The notes beneath the pieces were generated by a model. That model did not search any database, was not told the origin of the DNA, and was given only the letters and a program-made list of their open reading frames with translations. A DNA stretch of 64,000 nt, from positions 1-64,000 of the IMG/VR virus record IMGVR_UViG_3300031576_000001, one strand, 5' to 3'. Positions 32,625 through 45,062 of this stretch are shown piece by piece (position 1 is the first letter of the stretch; each line of letters opens with the position of its first letter). A program made the position numbers and the translations under genes.

Positions 32625-33799
32625 CGGGCCATTCCCTGGTAGACTGCTCTAGACCCCCCACGGAAGCCATCCTCGATGCGTGAGGGTTGCTCAACCTCAA
32701 AGTAGCTGCGGTACTTGAGGTTGAAGTCTCGCATGGTGCCGTCCTCCGTGAGCCCCCAGGAGAGCACAAGCCCACCGATGGCGGGCGCTCCTCCGAGAGA
32801 CTTAGAGAAGGCACTGCCGCCCCCTTGGAAGGTGGGGCAGGCGATACCGTGGACTCCCCGCTCCATGACGTGACAGAAGACGTGCCAGTGCCCGCAGAGT
32901 AGAACGTGGGGCTTCTCCCCAGACGAGTAAGTCTCAATGATGCGCTGGACCTTGTAACTCTTGGCATACCCATTGCCAGACCGAGGGTGCCACAGGTGAA
33001 AGACCGCGCCCCTGAGACGGACGAAAGCCGAGCGGTCCCCGTAGAACTTGAGGTCCGTGCGACCATTTTCCACGAAGAATCGCGAGAGATACGCCCCCAC
33101 GTCAATCCCGGCGCTGTCCGTGAACGTGTAGTCGTGGTTGCCCGTGATCCCGTGGTACGTGAGCCCTGGTAGCTGGGGGAGGGTCTCTAGCAAGTCGCGG
33201 GCTTGCTCTTCCAACCCCATGTGGGTCATCTCAAACTTGGCGTGCCGGTAGTCCCCGTCTACCACGTCGCCAGGGTGAAGGATCTCCCTCACCCCCTCTG
33301 CGTAGGCATGGTGAATGAAGTCCTTTAGCTGCGCCCGTAGACAGAACCGGCTTCCCAGGTGGGTGTCCGATATAACCCCCACCTTGTGCTCCCCGCCGAC
33401 GACAGGTTTGACTCCGGCGTCCTGCACCCGGTCCTCGACCGTATTGTTCTTGCGCCCGACCGAGCCACCCTCGTCCATCTGGACGCTCATTCCGCGGGCC
33501 TGAGCCTCCTCGATGAGTTTCTCTAGCTTCCTGGGGGAAATGTCGAGGGTGTTGCACAGGTCCACGGAGCTATGTGGCTTGCGGGTCAGGGTGGCTAGGC
33601 GCTGGACGAGGGGGGCGGGGCTCCCCTGGCAGAAGTCCTTGGGGCTGCCCTGCCCTCTGTGCGAGAATGCACGCCTTACGCTGTCCGTGGTGGTGCCCAG
33701 CTCCTCCGCGCACTTCTTCAGGGCGTCGCCGTAAGCCTCGGGGCGGTATCTTTTCAGGATTTTCTCGGCTTGTGCGTAGACTTCCGGTGTCCAATTCAT
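32621..33799 (-). CDS. Calcineurin-like metallophosphoesterase with an N-terminal HTH-like region
   Basis: ISDTHLG, GDVVDG, TGNHD, CGHWH. Confidence 0.9.
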   Translation of the reverse strand: MNWTPEVYAQAEKILKRYRPEAYGDALKKCAEELGTTTDSVRRAFSHRGQGSPKDFCQGSPAPLVQRLATLTRKPHSSVDLCNTLDISPRKLEKLIEEAQARGMSVQMDEGGSVGRKNNTVEDRVQDAGVKPVVGGEHKVGVISDTHLGSRFCLRAQLKDFIHHAYAEGVREILHPGDVVDGDYRHAKFEMTHMGLEEQARDLLETLPQLPGLTYHGITGNHDYTFTDSAGIDVGAYLSRFFVENGRTDLKFYGDRSAFVRLRGAVFHLWHPRSGNGYAKSYKVQRIIETYSSGEKPHVLLCGHWHVFCHVMERGVHGIACPTFQGGGSAFSKSLGGAPAIGGLVLSWGLTEDGTMRDFNLKYRSYFEVEQPSRIEDGFRGGSRAVYQGMAR

Positions 33800-34324
33800 G
33801 GGTGCCTCACCTTTTCGCTCAGGAAAACAAGGTGTCCCTGAGAGGGTAAAAAATGACCGACGCTCTAGATAAGCTCAGAACCCTGGTACTTACCCCGGCA
33901 TACACCCCGCAAAGGGTGGTAGCGTGGCAAGAGGCGGTGTGTCTCTTGGTGACTGAGAAGGTCGAGGTGGTTGAGTCGTACCCTGCCACGATTTCGTCGC
34001 CTTCGATCACTCTACAGGTACCCGCGGTGGTGCGCCACACCAAGGGGTTTCACATTCCCAGGCGCGCTCAGCGGTTTTCCCGTAGGGGGGTGCTGGTTCG
34101 CGACCGGTACCGCTGTCAATACTGCGGGTGTCAGGGGACCAGCGCCACGCTGAACTATGACCACGTAATCCCGCGCAAACTTGGGGGGCGTACTGTATGG
34201 GAGAACATCGTGACGTGCTGTTACCCTTGCAACAGCCGGAAGGGCGGGCGCACCCCGGCGCAAGCTGGGATGGCTCTACTCAGTATGCCCACTCGACCCA
34301 CAGTCTACGCCCACCTCTTCGTGC

Positions 34325-36306
<1,982 letters not shown>

Positions 36307-36323
36307 TCCCCCTGGGTTAGGGT

Positions 36324-36716
36324 ATGGACGCCAGGATGAACCTCGTCGGGGGGCGTAGGTTCTCCCCGCTCACTGCGGTAGACCTCCCCCGTGTAGCAGA
36401 AGCCTTGACCGGGTTTCTACACGGGGCGGTCAACCTCTTGGTGACCTACCATGGAAACCTCTCAGGGGTGACCCTCTGGCGAGGCCAGTTCACGGTCACG
36501 GTGCGTCAGGACGATTGGGCTAAGATAGCGCCTCACACCATGGGGGAGTGGTCTCGTCTCAATAACCCTTACGCACGTCCCTTCCTGAGCCCACCCAGAG
36601 GCACGCTGAGCTTTCGCGACCTTGACCCTACGCTCTACCAGCGTATCCTTACCACGCTACAGGGTCTTTTACCGTTACCAAGGTGTCATCGTGAACGAAC
36701 AGCAACCGCCCCCTGA
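36324..36716 (+). CDS. Hypothetical protein
   Basis: 130-aa ORF within the operon. Confidence 0.55.
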   Translation: MDARMNLVGGRRFSPLTAVDLPRVAEALTGFLHGAVNLLVTYHGNLSGVTLWRGQFTVTVRQDDWAKIAPHTMGEWSRLNNPYARPFLSPPRGTLSFRDLDPTLYQRILTTLQGLLPLPRCHRERTATAP

Positions 36717-37290
36717 CGAGTCCGCCCCCCCGCCCCCCCGCGCCCCTAACTACAAGGTGGTCGCCGTGCGTTGTCGCAAAGAGGGTTGCGGGTCCAACAA
36801 GGCGCGAAACATTGCCATCCCCAGCAACACCCCAGGGTCATACATTTACCAGTGTGAGGGGTGCGGGCACACCTGGACCGTCCAACTGGGCGGTCATATC
36901 AACCTCTTAGCGGAGACCCCTGTGCCAGGCGACTGCCCCCTATGCAATGGTCAGACCGGACGCGCCGGGGTGGCGGCGAACGTAGTGGAGTGCATCGCCT
37001 GCGGTGAGCGTTTCCAGATCAAGGTAACGGTGTACATGGAACACCTACCCCGGCATGACGCTCTCCCGCCTCCTCGGTCAACCCAGAGCCCCCCCCTACT
37101 TGAGGGCGTGGGCTCTGGGGAGCCTAGTACGACCCCTCCTCCTTTACGGTCCCGAGGGTGTAGGCAAGCGAAGCGCCACCTTCTTCGCGACCCAAGAGGC
37201 TTTCTGCGGCAAAGCCCCACCTTGTGCGTGCTTTCACTGCCAGACATTGGCGGTCATGTCTCACCCGGACGTGACGTACCTCCCGCCTGA
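36622..37290 (+). CDS. Zinc-ribbon protein(s); boundaries uncertain
   Basis: CRKEGC..CEGC and CPLC..CIAC. Confidence 0.5.
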   Translation: MTLRSTSVSLPRYRVFYRYQGVIVNEQQPPPDESAPPPPRAPNYKVVAVRCRKEGCGSNKARNIAIPSNTPGSYIYQCEGCGHTWTVQLGGHINLLAETPVPGDCPLCNGQTGRAGVAANVVECIACGERFQIKVTVYMEHLPRHDALPPPRSTQSPPLLEGVGSGEPSTTPPPLRSRGCRQAKRHLLRDPRGFLRQSPTLCVLSLPDIGGHVSPGRDVPPA

Positions 37291-37933
37291 GACCAAGGTT
37301 GAGGACGTGCGAGAGGCGCTGGCCATGGCGCACACCCCGCCTGGGTACGCACCTTTCCGTCTCTTGGTTATCGACGGGGCAGAGGGGCTACACGGGGCGT
37401 CCGCCAACGCCCTCCTTAAGAGGGTAGAGGAACCGCCCGATGACTGGCGCGTGGTTCTACTCGCTACCTGTAAGAAGCGGGTCATACCTGCCCTACAGGG
37501 TCGCTGCATACCCGTGCCCTTCCTACCCCTCTCTGTAGACACCCTGTCTACACTGCTCGCCCCCCTGGAGAAGAGCACGCCCCGTGTCAAGGAAATTGCT
37601 GCGCAAGCGGGTGGGTCCATGGCAACGGCGATCCGACTCTGGAAAGAAGCCTCGCAGGGGCATAAGCAAGCGCTGGCGCTACTGGAGGCGGTGAGCAAAG
37701 GGGACGTGTCCTTGACCTTGGCGCTCGCTCAAGATGCACAAGAGAAAGGATGGGTGTCACAACTCACCTACGCCCTACGCGATCTGCTTATGGTGCCATC
37801 TAAGGTCCATGTTGGCTCTCGGTCGCAAGAACAGTGGCGCGCTCTCTTGGTGTCGGTGTCTCGTCTGTCAACATTGCCAGAGACGAGTCGCGGTGTAGGT
37901 CTCAAGGCTGCACTTTTGGACGCCATGCTATGA
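37055..37933 (+). CDS. holB: DNA polymerase III delta' subunit-like
   Basis: LLLYGPEGVGK, zinc module, HPD, ANALLKRVEEPP, LQGRC. Confidence 0.85.
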   Translation: MTLSRLLGQPRAPPYLRAWALGSLVRPLLLYGPEGVGKRSATFFATQEAFCGKAPPCACFHCQTLAVMSHPDVTYLPPETKVEDVREALAMAHTPPGYAPFRLLVIDGAEGLHGASANALLKRVEEPPDDWRVVLLATCKKRVIPALQGRCIPVPFLPLSVDTLSTLLAPLEKSTPRVKEIAAQAGGSMATAIRLWKEASQGHKQALALLEAVSKGDVSLTLALAQDAQEKGWVSQLTYALRDLLMVPSKVHVGSRSQEQWRALLVSVSRLSTLPETSRGVGLKAALLDAML

Positions 37934-39003
37934 GCACCACTACGCCAGAGTCGGGGCACCTTCTTATCGCCTTTGGGGGCGAAGCGTACCTCTTGGACGA
38001 GGTAGCTTCTCGGTCAGCCCAGCCTAGCAAGGCGCACCGTGTTGTGACGCTCTCTGGGGAGGGTGGCGTCGAGCCCGTGCTTGCTGCGTTGGAGCAACGG
38101 GGTGTAGACGACCTCCCCGTGGTGGTCGTGGTGGACGACGCTCAGATTATCAAGGCGTCCCCCGACCTGAAGGCATGGTCAGACCGCACGCAGACACGCG
38201 CCTCTTTGGTGGCGGTCTGTCGCTCAGAGACCCTCCCTGCGTTCTGGGCGTCACTCAAGACCGCCAAGCGCATCGAGCGCCCCAAGTTCAAGCCGTTCTC
38301 AAAAGACTTGCCAAGGTGGGTCGCTGAGCAAGCCAAGAAACGCAAGGTCAAGCTCTCTGAGAAGCAAGTCGCCGCTCTGGTAGAGAACCTGGGGCACGAC
38401 CTACGCATCCTCTCCGGTGAGCTAACCAAGCTGGCGCTCGTGGTCTCCCCGGACTGCGAAGTGTCCCCAGAGAATTTTGCCCGGTACGTGGTGGGCTGCA
38501 ACGAGGTCACGCCGTACAACGTGGCAGAGAACGTAGCGGAACGTAGCCCCGCGCCCGCGCTCAAGGCACTCTCCCGGCTGGTGGATCGAGAGGGTGAGGC
38601 TTGCCTTGTCCCCGTGGTTGTCAGCACCACCAAGCTCCTTGAGAAGCTCTTGCTGGCGTCCGCCTTGCAGAGCAAGAAGACACCCCCAGATGAAATCGCT
38701 GCCAGGGTGGACGTTCACCCTTGGCGGTACAAGACCTGGCTAGTACCCTTGGCGTTGAAAAGAAGCGCTGGCGAGTATCGCAGCGCGTTCCGGGTGCTAG
38801 CTGACCTAGATGTAGACGTGAAGACCCTTCCGAGGTCCAGACTGTCCAGGGTGGAATCCGCTCTGGTTGAACTGTCTCTCTTAGAGGGGTGCTCCGTGAC
38901 TGTTTTCGTTAGCAGTCAGACCGCCATGCCTTTTCTGGAAAACCACAACCCTCTTACGGAACCGAAACACCCATGGTCTCGTCCTCTACCTCTTTGCGCC
39001 TGA
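37930..39003 (+). CDS. holA: DNA polymerase III delta subunit-like
   Basis: GGEAYLLDE, LPRWVAEQAK, LVENLGHDLRILSGELTKLAL. Confidence 0.8.
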   Translation: MSTTTPESGHLLIAFGGEAYLLDEVASRSAQPSKAHRVVTLSGEGGVEPVLAALEQRGVDDLPVVVVVDDAQIIKASPDLKAWSDRTQTRASLVAVCRSETLPAFWASLKTAKRIERPKFKPFSKDLPRWVAEQAKKRKVKLSEKQVAALVENLGHDLRILSGELTKLALVVSPDCEVSPENFARYVVGCNEVTPYNVAENVAERSPAPALKALSRLVDREGEACLVPVVVSTTKLLEKLLLASALQSKKTPPDEIAARVDVHPWRYKTWLVPLALKRSAGEYRSAFRVLADLDVDVKTLPRSRLSRVESALVELSLLEGCSVTVFVSSQTAMPFLENHNPLTEPKHPWSRPLPLCA

Positions 39004-41855
39004 GCCCTGATTTCCTACGCCCCTACCGTATCAAGGGAGACTGCTTTGAGAGTCTCTTGGCAAGGTCCACGTATCTCACGAAATACTGCCGTGGTACTGA
39101 GACGTGGACTGATACAATTCGCCGTGTTGTCGAGGGCAATTGCTCTATGGTCCCTGGGGTTAGCATGGGGGAGGCTGAGGCTCTGTTTGAACTGTTCTGG
39201 ACGATGCGGTGCCTTCCTCCAGGTCGTGCTCTTTGGATTGGTGGTGTCTCTGGGGTTCCGGGTGATTCTGTATTCAACTGCTACAGCACAACGATCCGTA
39301 CACCCGAGGACTGGTGCTGGGGTATGAATCAGCTCATGCTAGGAGGGGGTGTTGGTTTTTCCCTCTTGGCTGTTGACGGTCTGCCCTTTGTGAAGAAATC
39401 AGACTCGGCGGCACTACGAATACTCTGCGACCCCGGGCACGCTAATGCTGAAGAAGTGCAACCCGACAAGGTACGAGGGCAAGGGGTCTTTTATGAGGTA
39501 GCTGACAGCCGGGAGGGTTGGGTAGAGGCACTCAGGCGTGTTCTACTAGCGGCGTACAACGGGTTCAACCTCAACTTGGACCTTACTAAGGTGCGGAGCC
39601 GTGGTTCCCCTCTGAAGACCTTTGGTGGGGCGGCTTGTGGGCCTGGACCTTTGGCTAGCTTGTTGCGAATGGTTTGGGGTGTTGTGCGTGGTGCCTCGGG
39701 GCGCCGGCTGTCCAGTGTCGAATGCCTGGATATCGTGAACTTGATTGCTTTTTGCATCAAGAGTGGGAATATCCGCAGGTCTGCAACGTGCGTGCTGGGT
39801 AATCCTTATGATCGTGAGTTCCGCGACGCTAAGAAAGATTGGGAGAAGGTTGCAGCCTACAGGCACACAAGCAACAATTCAATTGTATTTCGCACCAGGG
39901 AGGAAATCGCTAGCTTTGATTGGAAACAGCTTGTTATGGACAACGTGAAGTATGGCGAACCTGGCGTCCTCAATCTCTATAAAGTGTGGCAAACTGACCC
40001 AGGTGCTACCGGCATAAATCCTTGTCAACCAGCATGGGCTCCCGTACTGACGCCTGACGGGATACGCAGGCTAGGCGAGATCCAAGTGGGTGACACCGTT
40101 TGGGGTGGCAAGGCGTGGACCAAAGTGGTGAGCAAGTGGAGTACAGGTGTCAAGCCTATTTTCCGTTACCGTACCACGGCTGGCACCTTTGTAGGGACGG
40201 CTAACCACAAGGTCTTTCAACAGGGAGAGCGTGTAGAGGTCAAGGACGCAGGAGCTATTGACCTGAGCCTCGGTGCCCCGGACGTTGACGTGCCGCATGA
40301 CCCTCAGACTGTGATGGATGGTCTGCTTGTGGGTGATGGTTACGTCAAGCCCTGCAAAGCCGTGGAGTACCCTTTGCTCATTGTGGGAGCTAAAGATCAA
40401 GATTACTTCACAAGCGAGGTGAGTCACCTCTTGAATCGTGTAGCGTTCGACAGACTACAGCACCGTGCGGTCACCAGCCTGCGGCGCGTTGACCTGGCAA
40501 AGCTACCTGAGAGGGTGGTGCCTGCGCAGTATTACCACGGCAGCACCAATACCGTGCGGTCTTTCCTCCGGGGTTTGTACTCGGCTAATGGTTCCGTGGT
40601 GGCGAACCGTGTCATGCTCAAGTCTACCTCAAAGAGACTGGTGGAGCAGGTACAGCACATGCTGTCCGCTCTAGGAATACCGTCTTACGTCACCACGAAC
40701 AAGGCTACTCAGGTGACATTCGCAAACGGAGCCTATATCTGCAAAGAGAGTTACGACATAAACATCACCACGGGGCGTCGTGAGTTTCAGCGCCAGATTG
40801 GCTTTCTACAAGGCTACAAGCAAGACAAGCTCAAGCAAGCCTGTACTGTAGCTGCCACCACCAAGCCCATTAAAACCACCTACGACGTGGTAGCTGTGGA
40901 ACCTCTTGGTGAAGAGGAAGTTTTTGACATCACAGTAGAGTCAGACGAACATGCTTACTGGACAGGGGGTTTGCTGGTTTCTAACTGTTTTGAGATCCCG
41001 CTGCACGACCGAGAGGCTTGCAACCTGTCAGAGGCTTTTCCTTCCAGGTTCACAACGCCTGCTAGTCAAGTCTTCAACTTGCTAGCCAGGTACACCTTGC
41101 GGCAAAAGCTGCATGTTCTCACGGACACTGAGAGCGATATGGTAAATCGCAATAACATGCGAATCGGTGTAGGTCTTGGGGGTCTGTGCGACTTCGATTG
41201 GACCTCCGACACCTTGCAATCTTGGTACTCTGTAGTGCGAATCGAGTCTACACGTTATGCTAAAGAGCTAGGGGTGCCAGACCCGATCACTGTATCGTGC
41301 ATCAAACCCAGTGGGACAATCAGTCTTCTCTGTGGGTCGTCGCCTGGCATACACGCGCCCTACGCCCCGTATTACCTGCGGCGCACCCGTATCGCCAAGA
41401 ACGACCGGATGGCTTCTGCTATGATGCGTGCAGGCGTGCCCTTTGCGGACTGCATTTACGACAAGACCGGGCACACCTGGGTCTTCTCGTTTCCCACCAA
41501 AGCCAAGCACACCCGGCTCACGGTACAAACGGAGAGCATCCGTGACCAGTTTGAACGCCAGGTCGCCGTCCAAGAGAACTGGGCAGACAACGCGGTTTCG
41601 GCTACGCTCACGTTCAACCAAGACACAGAGAGGGGTGAGCTAGAGCGCTGCCTCAAAGAGTACGTGCCCAGGCTCAAGGCAACCTCCTTCCTACCCAAGG
41701 CGCACGGTTACGCTCAGCCCCCCTACGAAGAGATTACCGAGTCCGTCTACAACGACCTCATGAAACAGATCGACCACACGTCTACCCTCCAAGAGGGCTG
41801 GGGCGGTGACATGGAAGTCGAGGAATGTCAGGGTGGCGCGTGCCCCGTCCGTTGA
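38973..41855 (+). CDS. nrdJ: Class II (B12-dependent) ribonucleotide reductase with an intein
   Basis: PPGRALW, NCY, GNIRRSA, SNNS, GEPG, GINP|C.EI, IKPSGTISLL, C-terminal CQGGACPVR. Confidence 0.93.
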   Translation: MVSSSTSLRLSPDFLRPYRIKGDCFESLLARSTYLTKYCRGTETWTDTIRRVVEGNCSMVPGVSMGEAEALFELFWTMRCLPPGRALWIGGVSGVPGDSVFNCYSTTIRTPEDWCWGMNQLMLGGGVGFSLLAVDGLPFVKKSDSAALRILCDPGHANAEEVQPDKVRGQGVFYEVADSREGWVEALRRVLLAAYNGFNLNLDLTKVRSRGSPLKTFGGAACGPGPLASLLRMVWGVVRGASGRRLSSVECLDIVNLIAFCIKSGNIRRSATCVLGNPYDREFRDAKKDWEKVAAYRHTSNNSIVFRTREEIASFDWKQLVMDNVKYGEPGVLNLYKVWQTDPGATGINPCQPAWAPVLTPDGIRRLGEIQVGDTVWGGKAWTKVVSKWSTGVKPIFRYRTTAGTFVGTANHKVFQQGERVEVKDAGAIDLSLGAPDVDVPHDPQTVMDGLLVGDGYVKPCKAVEYPLLIVGAKDQDYFTSEVSHLLNRVAFDRLQHRAVTSLRRVDLAKLPERVVPAQYYHGSTNTVRSFLRGLYSANGSVVANRVMLKSTSKRLVEQVQHMLSALGIPSYVTTNKATQVTFANGAYICKESYDINITTGRREFQRQIGFLQGYKQDKLKQACTVAATTKPIKTTYDVVAVEPLGEEEVFDITVESDEHAYWTGGLLVSNCFEIPLHDREACNLSEAFPSRFTTPASQVFNLLARYTLRQKLHVLTDTESDMVNRNNMRIGVGLGGLCDFDWTSDTLQSWYSVVRIESTRYAKELGVPDPITVSCIKPSGTISLLCGSSPGIHAPYAPYYLRRTRIAKNDRMASAMMRAGVPFADCIYDKTGHTWVFSFPTKAKHTRLTVQTESIRDQFERQVAVQENWADNAVSATLTFNQDTERGELERCLKEYVPRLKATSFLPKAHGYAQPPYEEITESVYNDLMKQIDHTSTLQEGWGGDMEVEECQGGACPVR
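40023..40985 (+). mobile_element. Intein with a LAGLIDADG homing endonuclease (321 aa)
   Basis: Begins CQPAWAPVLTPDG; GTANHKV block B; GLLVGDG and FLRGLYSANGS; ends VFDITV...LVSN before Cys. Confidence 0.9.
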
Positions 41856-41936
41856 AGTGCTCACTGCCCTGTGCGCCAAACCATTCTCTCTCGCCGGTAG
41901 CCTCTGCCCTCTCCCGGTGTTACCCTGACCGTCAAC

Positions 41937-42158
41937 ATGAGCGAGCAAGACTACGGCTACCTCGTTGAGGGTACAGTGGAAGAGAACCCAGCCACGGGGG
42001 CGCTGACCATCCGTACCGAAAAGGATGGGTGCGCCTTCAACTTCAACCCGTTGGACGCCCTACGGGCTTACCAGGGGCAAGAGGTCCGGCTGACGCTGGT
42101 GTCTCACGCCACCATGGCTCACTTGCAGAAGCTACTAGAGGAAGCACAGCGCAAGTGA
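41937..42158 (+). CDS. Hypothetical protein
   Basis: 73-aa ORF coupled to the recD-like gene. Confidence 0.65.
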   Translation: MSEQDYGYLVEGTVEENPATGALTIRTEKDGCAFNFNPLDALRAYQGQEVRLTLVSHATMAHLQKLLEEAQRK

Positions 42159-44341
42159 GTCATGAGACCCTCCGGGGCTTTGTTGGGCGCATCATCTTCA
42201 ACTCGGGGGACTTCTTCGTCTTCCTGTTTGAGCTTGATAGGGACAGCCGTACCGTGGTCGAGACGGTGCTAGCGCGCTCCGTAGCGCACTACAAGGTACG
42301 GGGGGACTTTCCAGGGCTGGACCGGCTCAAGGAGGGCGTGCCCCTAGAGCTAACCGGGGTCATAGACGATACCTTTCACTGCGCGTACTGGGCTCCCTGG
42401 GTAGACAGCGCTAACCGCCTCTACGCCTTTCTCACCCTGGCGGTGCCCTCGTTCTATGAGCGTGACTGGACGAGACTGATGGTCAACGCCTTCCCGGCGG
42501 ACCTCCCTCAAAGGCTGTCCAACAATGACCACGAGCTAGCCGAGTGGGCAGCTTCCCGGTACCCTTGCCCCCTCCCTGACGTAGAGACCCGAGGGACGCG
42601 GCATCTTGCGAAGTGTATAGCCTCTTGGAAGGCATTGTGTGCTCGGGCTGAGATGACAGAGATTCTCACCCGTCTAGGGCAGAAGACTACCCTGACTGCA
42701 AAGGTCTTTGAGACCCTCGGGGAGTCCGCTGCCGCCGTCATAAGAGAAGACCCCTACCAGCTAGCCAGACTGGGGTTGCCCCTCGGCACGCTTGATCAAG
42801 TCGCCCAACGGTACGGCGTCGCACCTGATGACGCCAGGCGCTACAGGGGGCTCTGTCTCGCCGTGCTCTACCAGAGACTTCATGAGGGGCACACCGTAAC
42901 CCCCCGCGCAAACCTCCCCCGTCTCTTGGGAGACCTCAAGGGCGTCAAGCTAGGCGTCGTGGTCCCTTCAGCGCTGGCACAAGCCGTGGATACCATGGCC
43001 AAAGAGGGTTGGGTACACATTGACCCTGTAACTCAGCAAGTGTCCTTGCCTGACCCTCACCTGTGGGAGTCTGAGAGCGCCGCTCTGCTTCACAAGCTAC
43101 TCGCCTCCCCGGTACAAGACCCCTCGCCGGTCAACTTTGAGGCTTTTGAGCAAGAGTCTGGGCTCACCTTGACCAAGGACCAACGCCAGGCTGTAACGCT
43201 GGCGCAAACCCAGCGTGCCTTTGTGCTGACTGGGTACCCAGGGACGGGCAAGACCAGTACGGTTCGCGCGATTGTCCGGCTGTGGCAGCTACAAGGCAAG
43301 CGCTTGGCGCTCTTGGCGCCCACGGGAATTGCAGCCAAGAGGCTAGAGACCCTCACGGGGCACATGGCGAGCACGATTCACCGGGCGCTAGGTTATGACG
43401 GTACCGAGTGGCAGCGCTCCCTGGGTAACGTGGACGCCGTGGTCGTGGACGAGGTAGGGATGCTGGACGCGGAAGTCTTCTACCGTGTCCTAGACGCCCT
43501 CCCTGCTCGGGCACAGGTGGTTTTTGTGGGCGACCCGGACCAACTGTACCCCGTGGGCGTGGGCGCAGGCGCCGTGCTGGTAGACCTCTTGGAGAGCAAC
43601 GCTGTCCCTGTAGTCAGGCTTACCAAGGTCTTCCGTGCCTCCGAGCAAGGCGCCGTGGTCAAGTACGCTAACGACCTCCGGGCTGGCGTCCCTGTAAAAC
43701 CCTCTTCGCTGAACCGGGGTAAAGAGTTTCGGTTTGTTGCAGCCCTGGATGGGATGGGTCTGGACCTCATCGTAAAGCTAGCCAAAGCCCTTGAGGCTCA
43801 GGGGCGGCAGCAACAGGTTCTTGCCGCTCACCACAAGGGCACGCTGGGCTGTACCAACCTCAACGCTCACCTACAGGAAGTACTCAACCCCCCCTCTGAG
43901 AGCAAGACCGAGGTACAGCCCAAGGAGACCCTCTACCGCCAAGGGGACCGGGTTATCGTGGTCGAGAATGACTACAAGCTCAAGGTCTTCAATGGCGACC
44001 GGGGTACCTTGGTCTTCATTGGTCCCTCTTACGACGTGCTTCTTGAGGACGGGCGCAAGGTGGGCGTGCCCGCCAAGATCGCCCACGAGATCCTGGCTTT
44101 GGGCTACTGCGTCACGGTGCATCGAAGCCAAGGGCAAGAGTGGAACACGGTCATCCTGGCCATGCCCCCCAGCAAGTTTCTCACCAAGCCCCTCGTCTAC
44201 ACGGCGGTCACGCGCGCTAAGCAGGCAGTCTGGATCGTGGGCGCAGAGTCCGCTTGGACCTATGCCACCCAGACCGAGCAACCTCTTCGCCAAACCGGAC
44301 TGAGAGAGCTTCTCTCACGCGGGGTACGGAGTAAGGCATGA
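42155..44341 (+). CDS. RecD2-like SF1B helicase
   Basis: GYPGTGKT, LAPTGIAAKRL, VVDE, VGDPDQL, VHRSQGQE, YTAVTRAK. Confidence 0.92.
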   Translation: MSHETLRGFVGRIIFNSGDFFVFLFELDRDSRTVVETVLARSVAHYKVRGDFPGLDRLKEGVPLELTGVIDDTFHCAYWAPWVDSANRLYAFLTLAVPSFYERDWTRLMVNAFPADLPQRLSNNDHELAEWAASRYPCPLPDVETRGTRHLAKCIASWKALCARAEMTEILTRLGQKTTLTAKVFETLGESAAAVIREDPYQLARLGLPLGTLDQVAQRYGVAPDDARRYRGLCLAVLYQRLHEGHTVTPRANLPRLLGDLKGVKLGVVVPSALAQAVDTMAKEGWVHIDPVTQQVSLPDPHLWESESAALLHKLLASPVQDPSPVNFEAFEQESGLTLTKDQRQAVTLAQTQRAFVLTGYPGTGKTSTVRAIVRLWQLQGKRLALLAPTGIAAKRLETLTGHMASTIHRALGYDGTEWQRSLGNVDAVVVDEVGMLDAEVFYRVLDALPARAQVVFVGDPDQLYPVGVGAGAVLVDLLESNAVPVVRLTKVFRASEQGAVVKYANDLRAGVPVKPSSLNRGKEFRFVAALDGMGLDLIVKLAKALEAQGRQQQVLAAHHKGTLGCTNLNAHLQEVLNPPSESKTEVQPKETLYRQGDRVIVVENDYKLKVFNGDRGTLVFIGPSYDVLLEDGRKVGVPAKIAHEILALGYCVTVHRSQGQEWNTVILAMPPSKFLTKPLVYTAVTRAKQAVWIVGAESAWTYATQTEQPLRQTGLRELLSRGVRSKA

Positions 44342-44922
44342 CGCCGGAACGCTCTGCGATCATCTTTGACCTCCTACCCACCTTGGTGCTGTCACTCCCC
44401 CAGCGGAGCGCCGACCTTGGCCCTGCTTTTCTGTTGGAACTGATTGGCAAGTGCCGTGCCAACCTCAACCACGTCACCTTGTTGCTCCACGAGATTCAAG
44501 AGGAACGCACCGGGCTAGAGTCTGACCTCCACGGCAAAGAGGCTGACTTCGAGATGCAACACGACACCCTCTTGGCGGAAGACCCCGCGATACGCCTCTT
44601 GCCCAACATCGCAGACCGTGAGGCTACCGTGAGGGTCTTCCTGCGCGTTGCGAAGGGGGCTATCTCGACCCTCAAGAAAACCCTGCAAACCCTCTCCGGG
44701 GTCGAGAAGGCGGTCAAGCTCGCCTACACGGAGTTGAAGGGTACCATGCAGGACATTCGCCGTCAGCAACAACTCCTCCACGATGACATCAAACTCAAGA
44801 CCTTCTACGGGTCAGAGGAGACCCCCCACCCCACGGGCGACGTGCCCCCTGTTAACGGAGAGGGGGGGCTTTTTGAGCAGCTTGAGAGGGACTTGAGCGA
44901 CCTTGACAGTTCCGGTGTATAG
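44338..44922 (+). CDS. Coiled-coil protein (possible recombination mediator)
   Basis: Helical 194-aa ORF between recD and the putative SSB; function inferred from context only. Confidence 0.6.
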   Translation: MTPERSAIIFDLLPTLVLSLPQRSADLGPAFLLELIGKCRANLNHVTLLLHEIQEERTGLESDLHGKEADFEMQHDTLLAEDPAIRLLPNIADREATVRVFLRVAKGAISTLKKTLQTLSGVEKAVKLAYTELKGTMQDIRRQQQLLHDDIKLKTFYGSEETPHPTGDVPPVNGEGGLFEQLERDLSDLDSSGV

Positions 44923-45062
44923 TCCTGCCAGGTCAAACAAAGACCTAGCGCTATCGCCGGCATCATGCTTAGATAGGCGAGCGAACCAGTGACCTGACCC
45001 GCGGCTCTACCCCAGTCAACTCAACGTATCCGCGGGTTGTCCCAATTGTTCGGAGAAAAACC

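Noticed and set aside
38948-38985. Fifth ECF promoter (CGTAAGAGGGTT on the minus strand)
   Set aside because: No GTGAAC at 16-nt spacing, and it is antisense within coding sequence.
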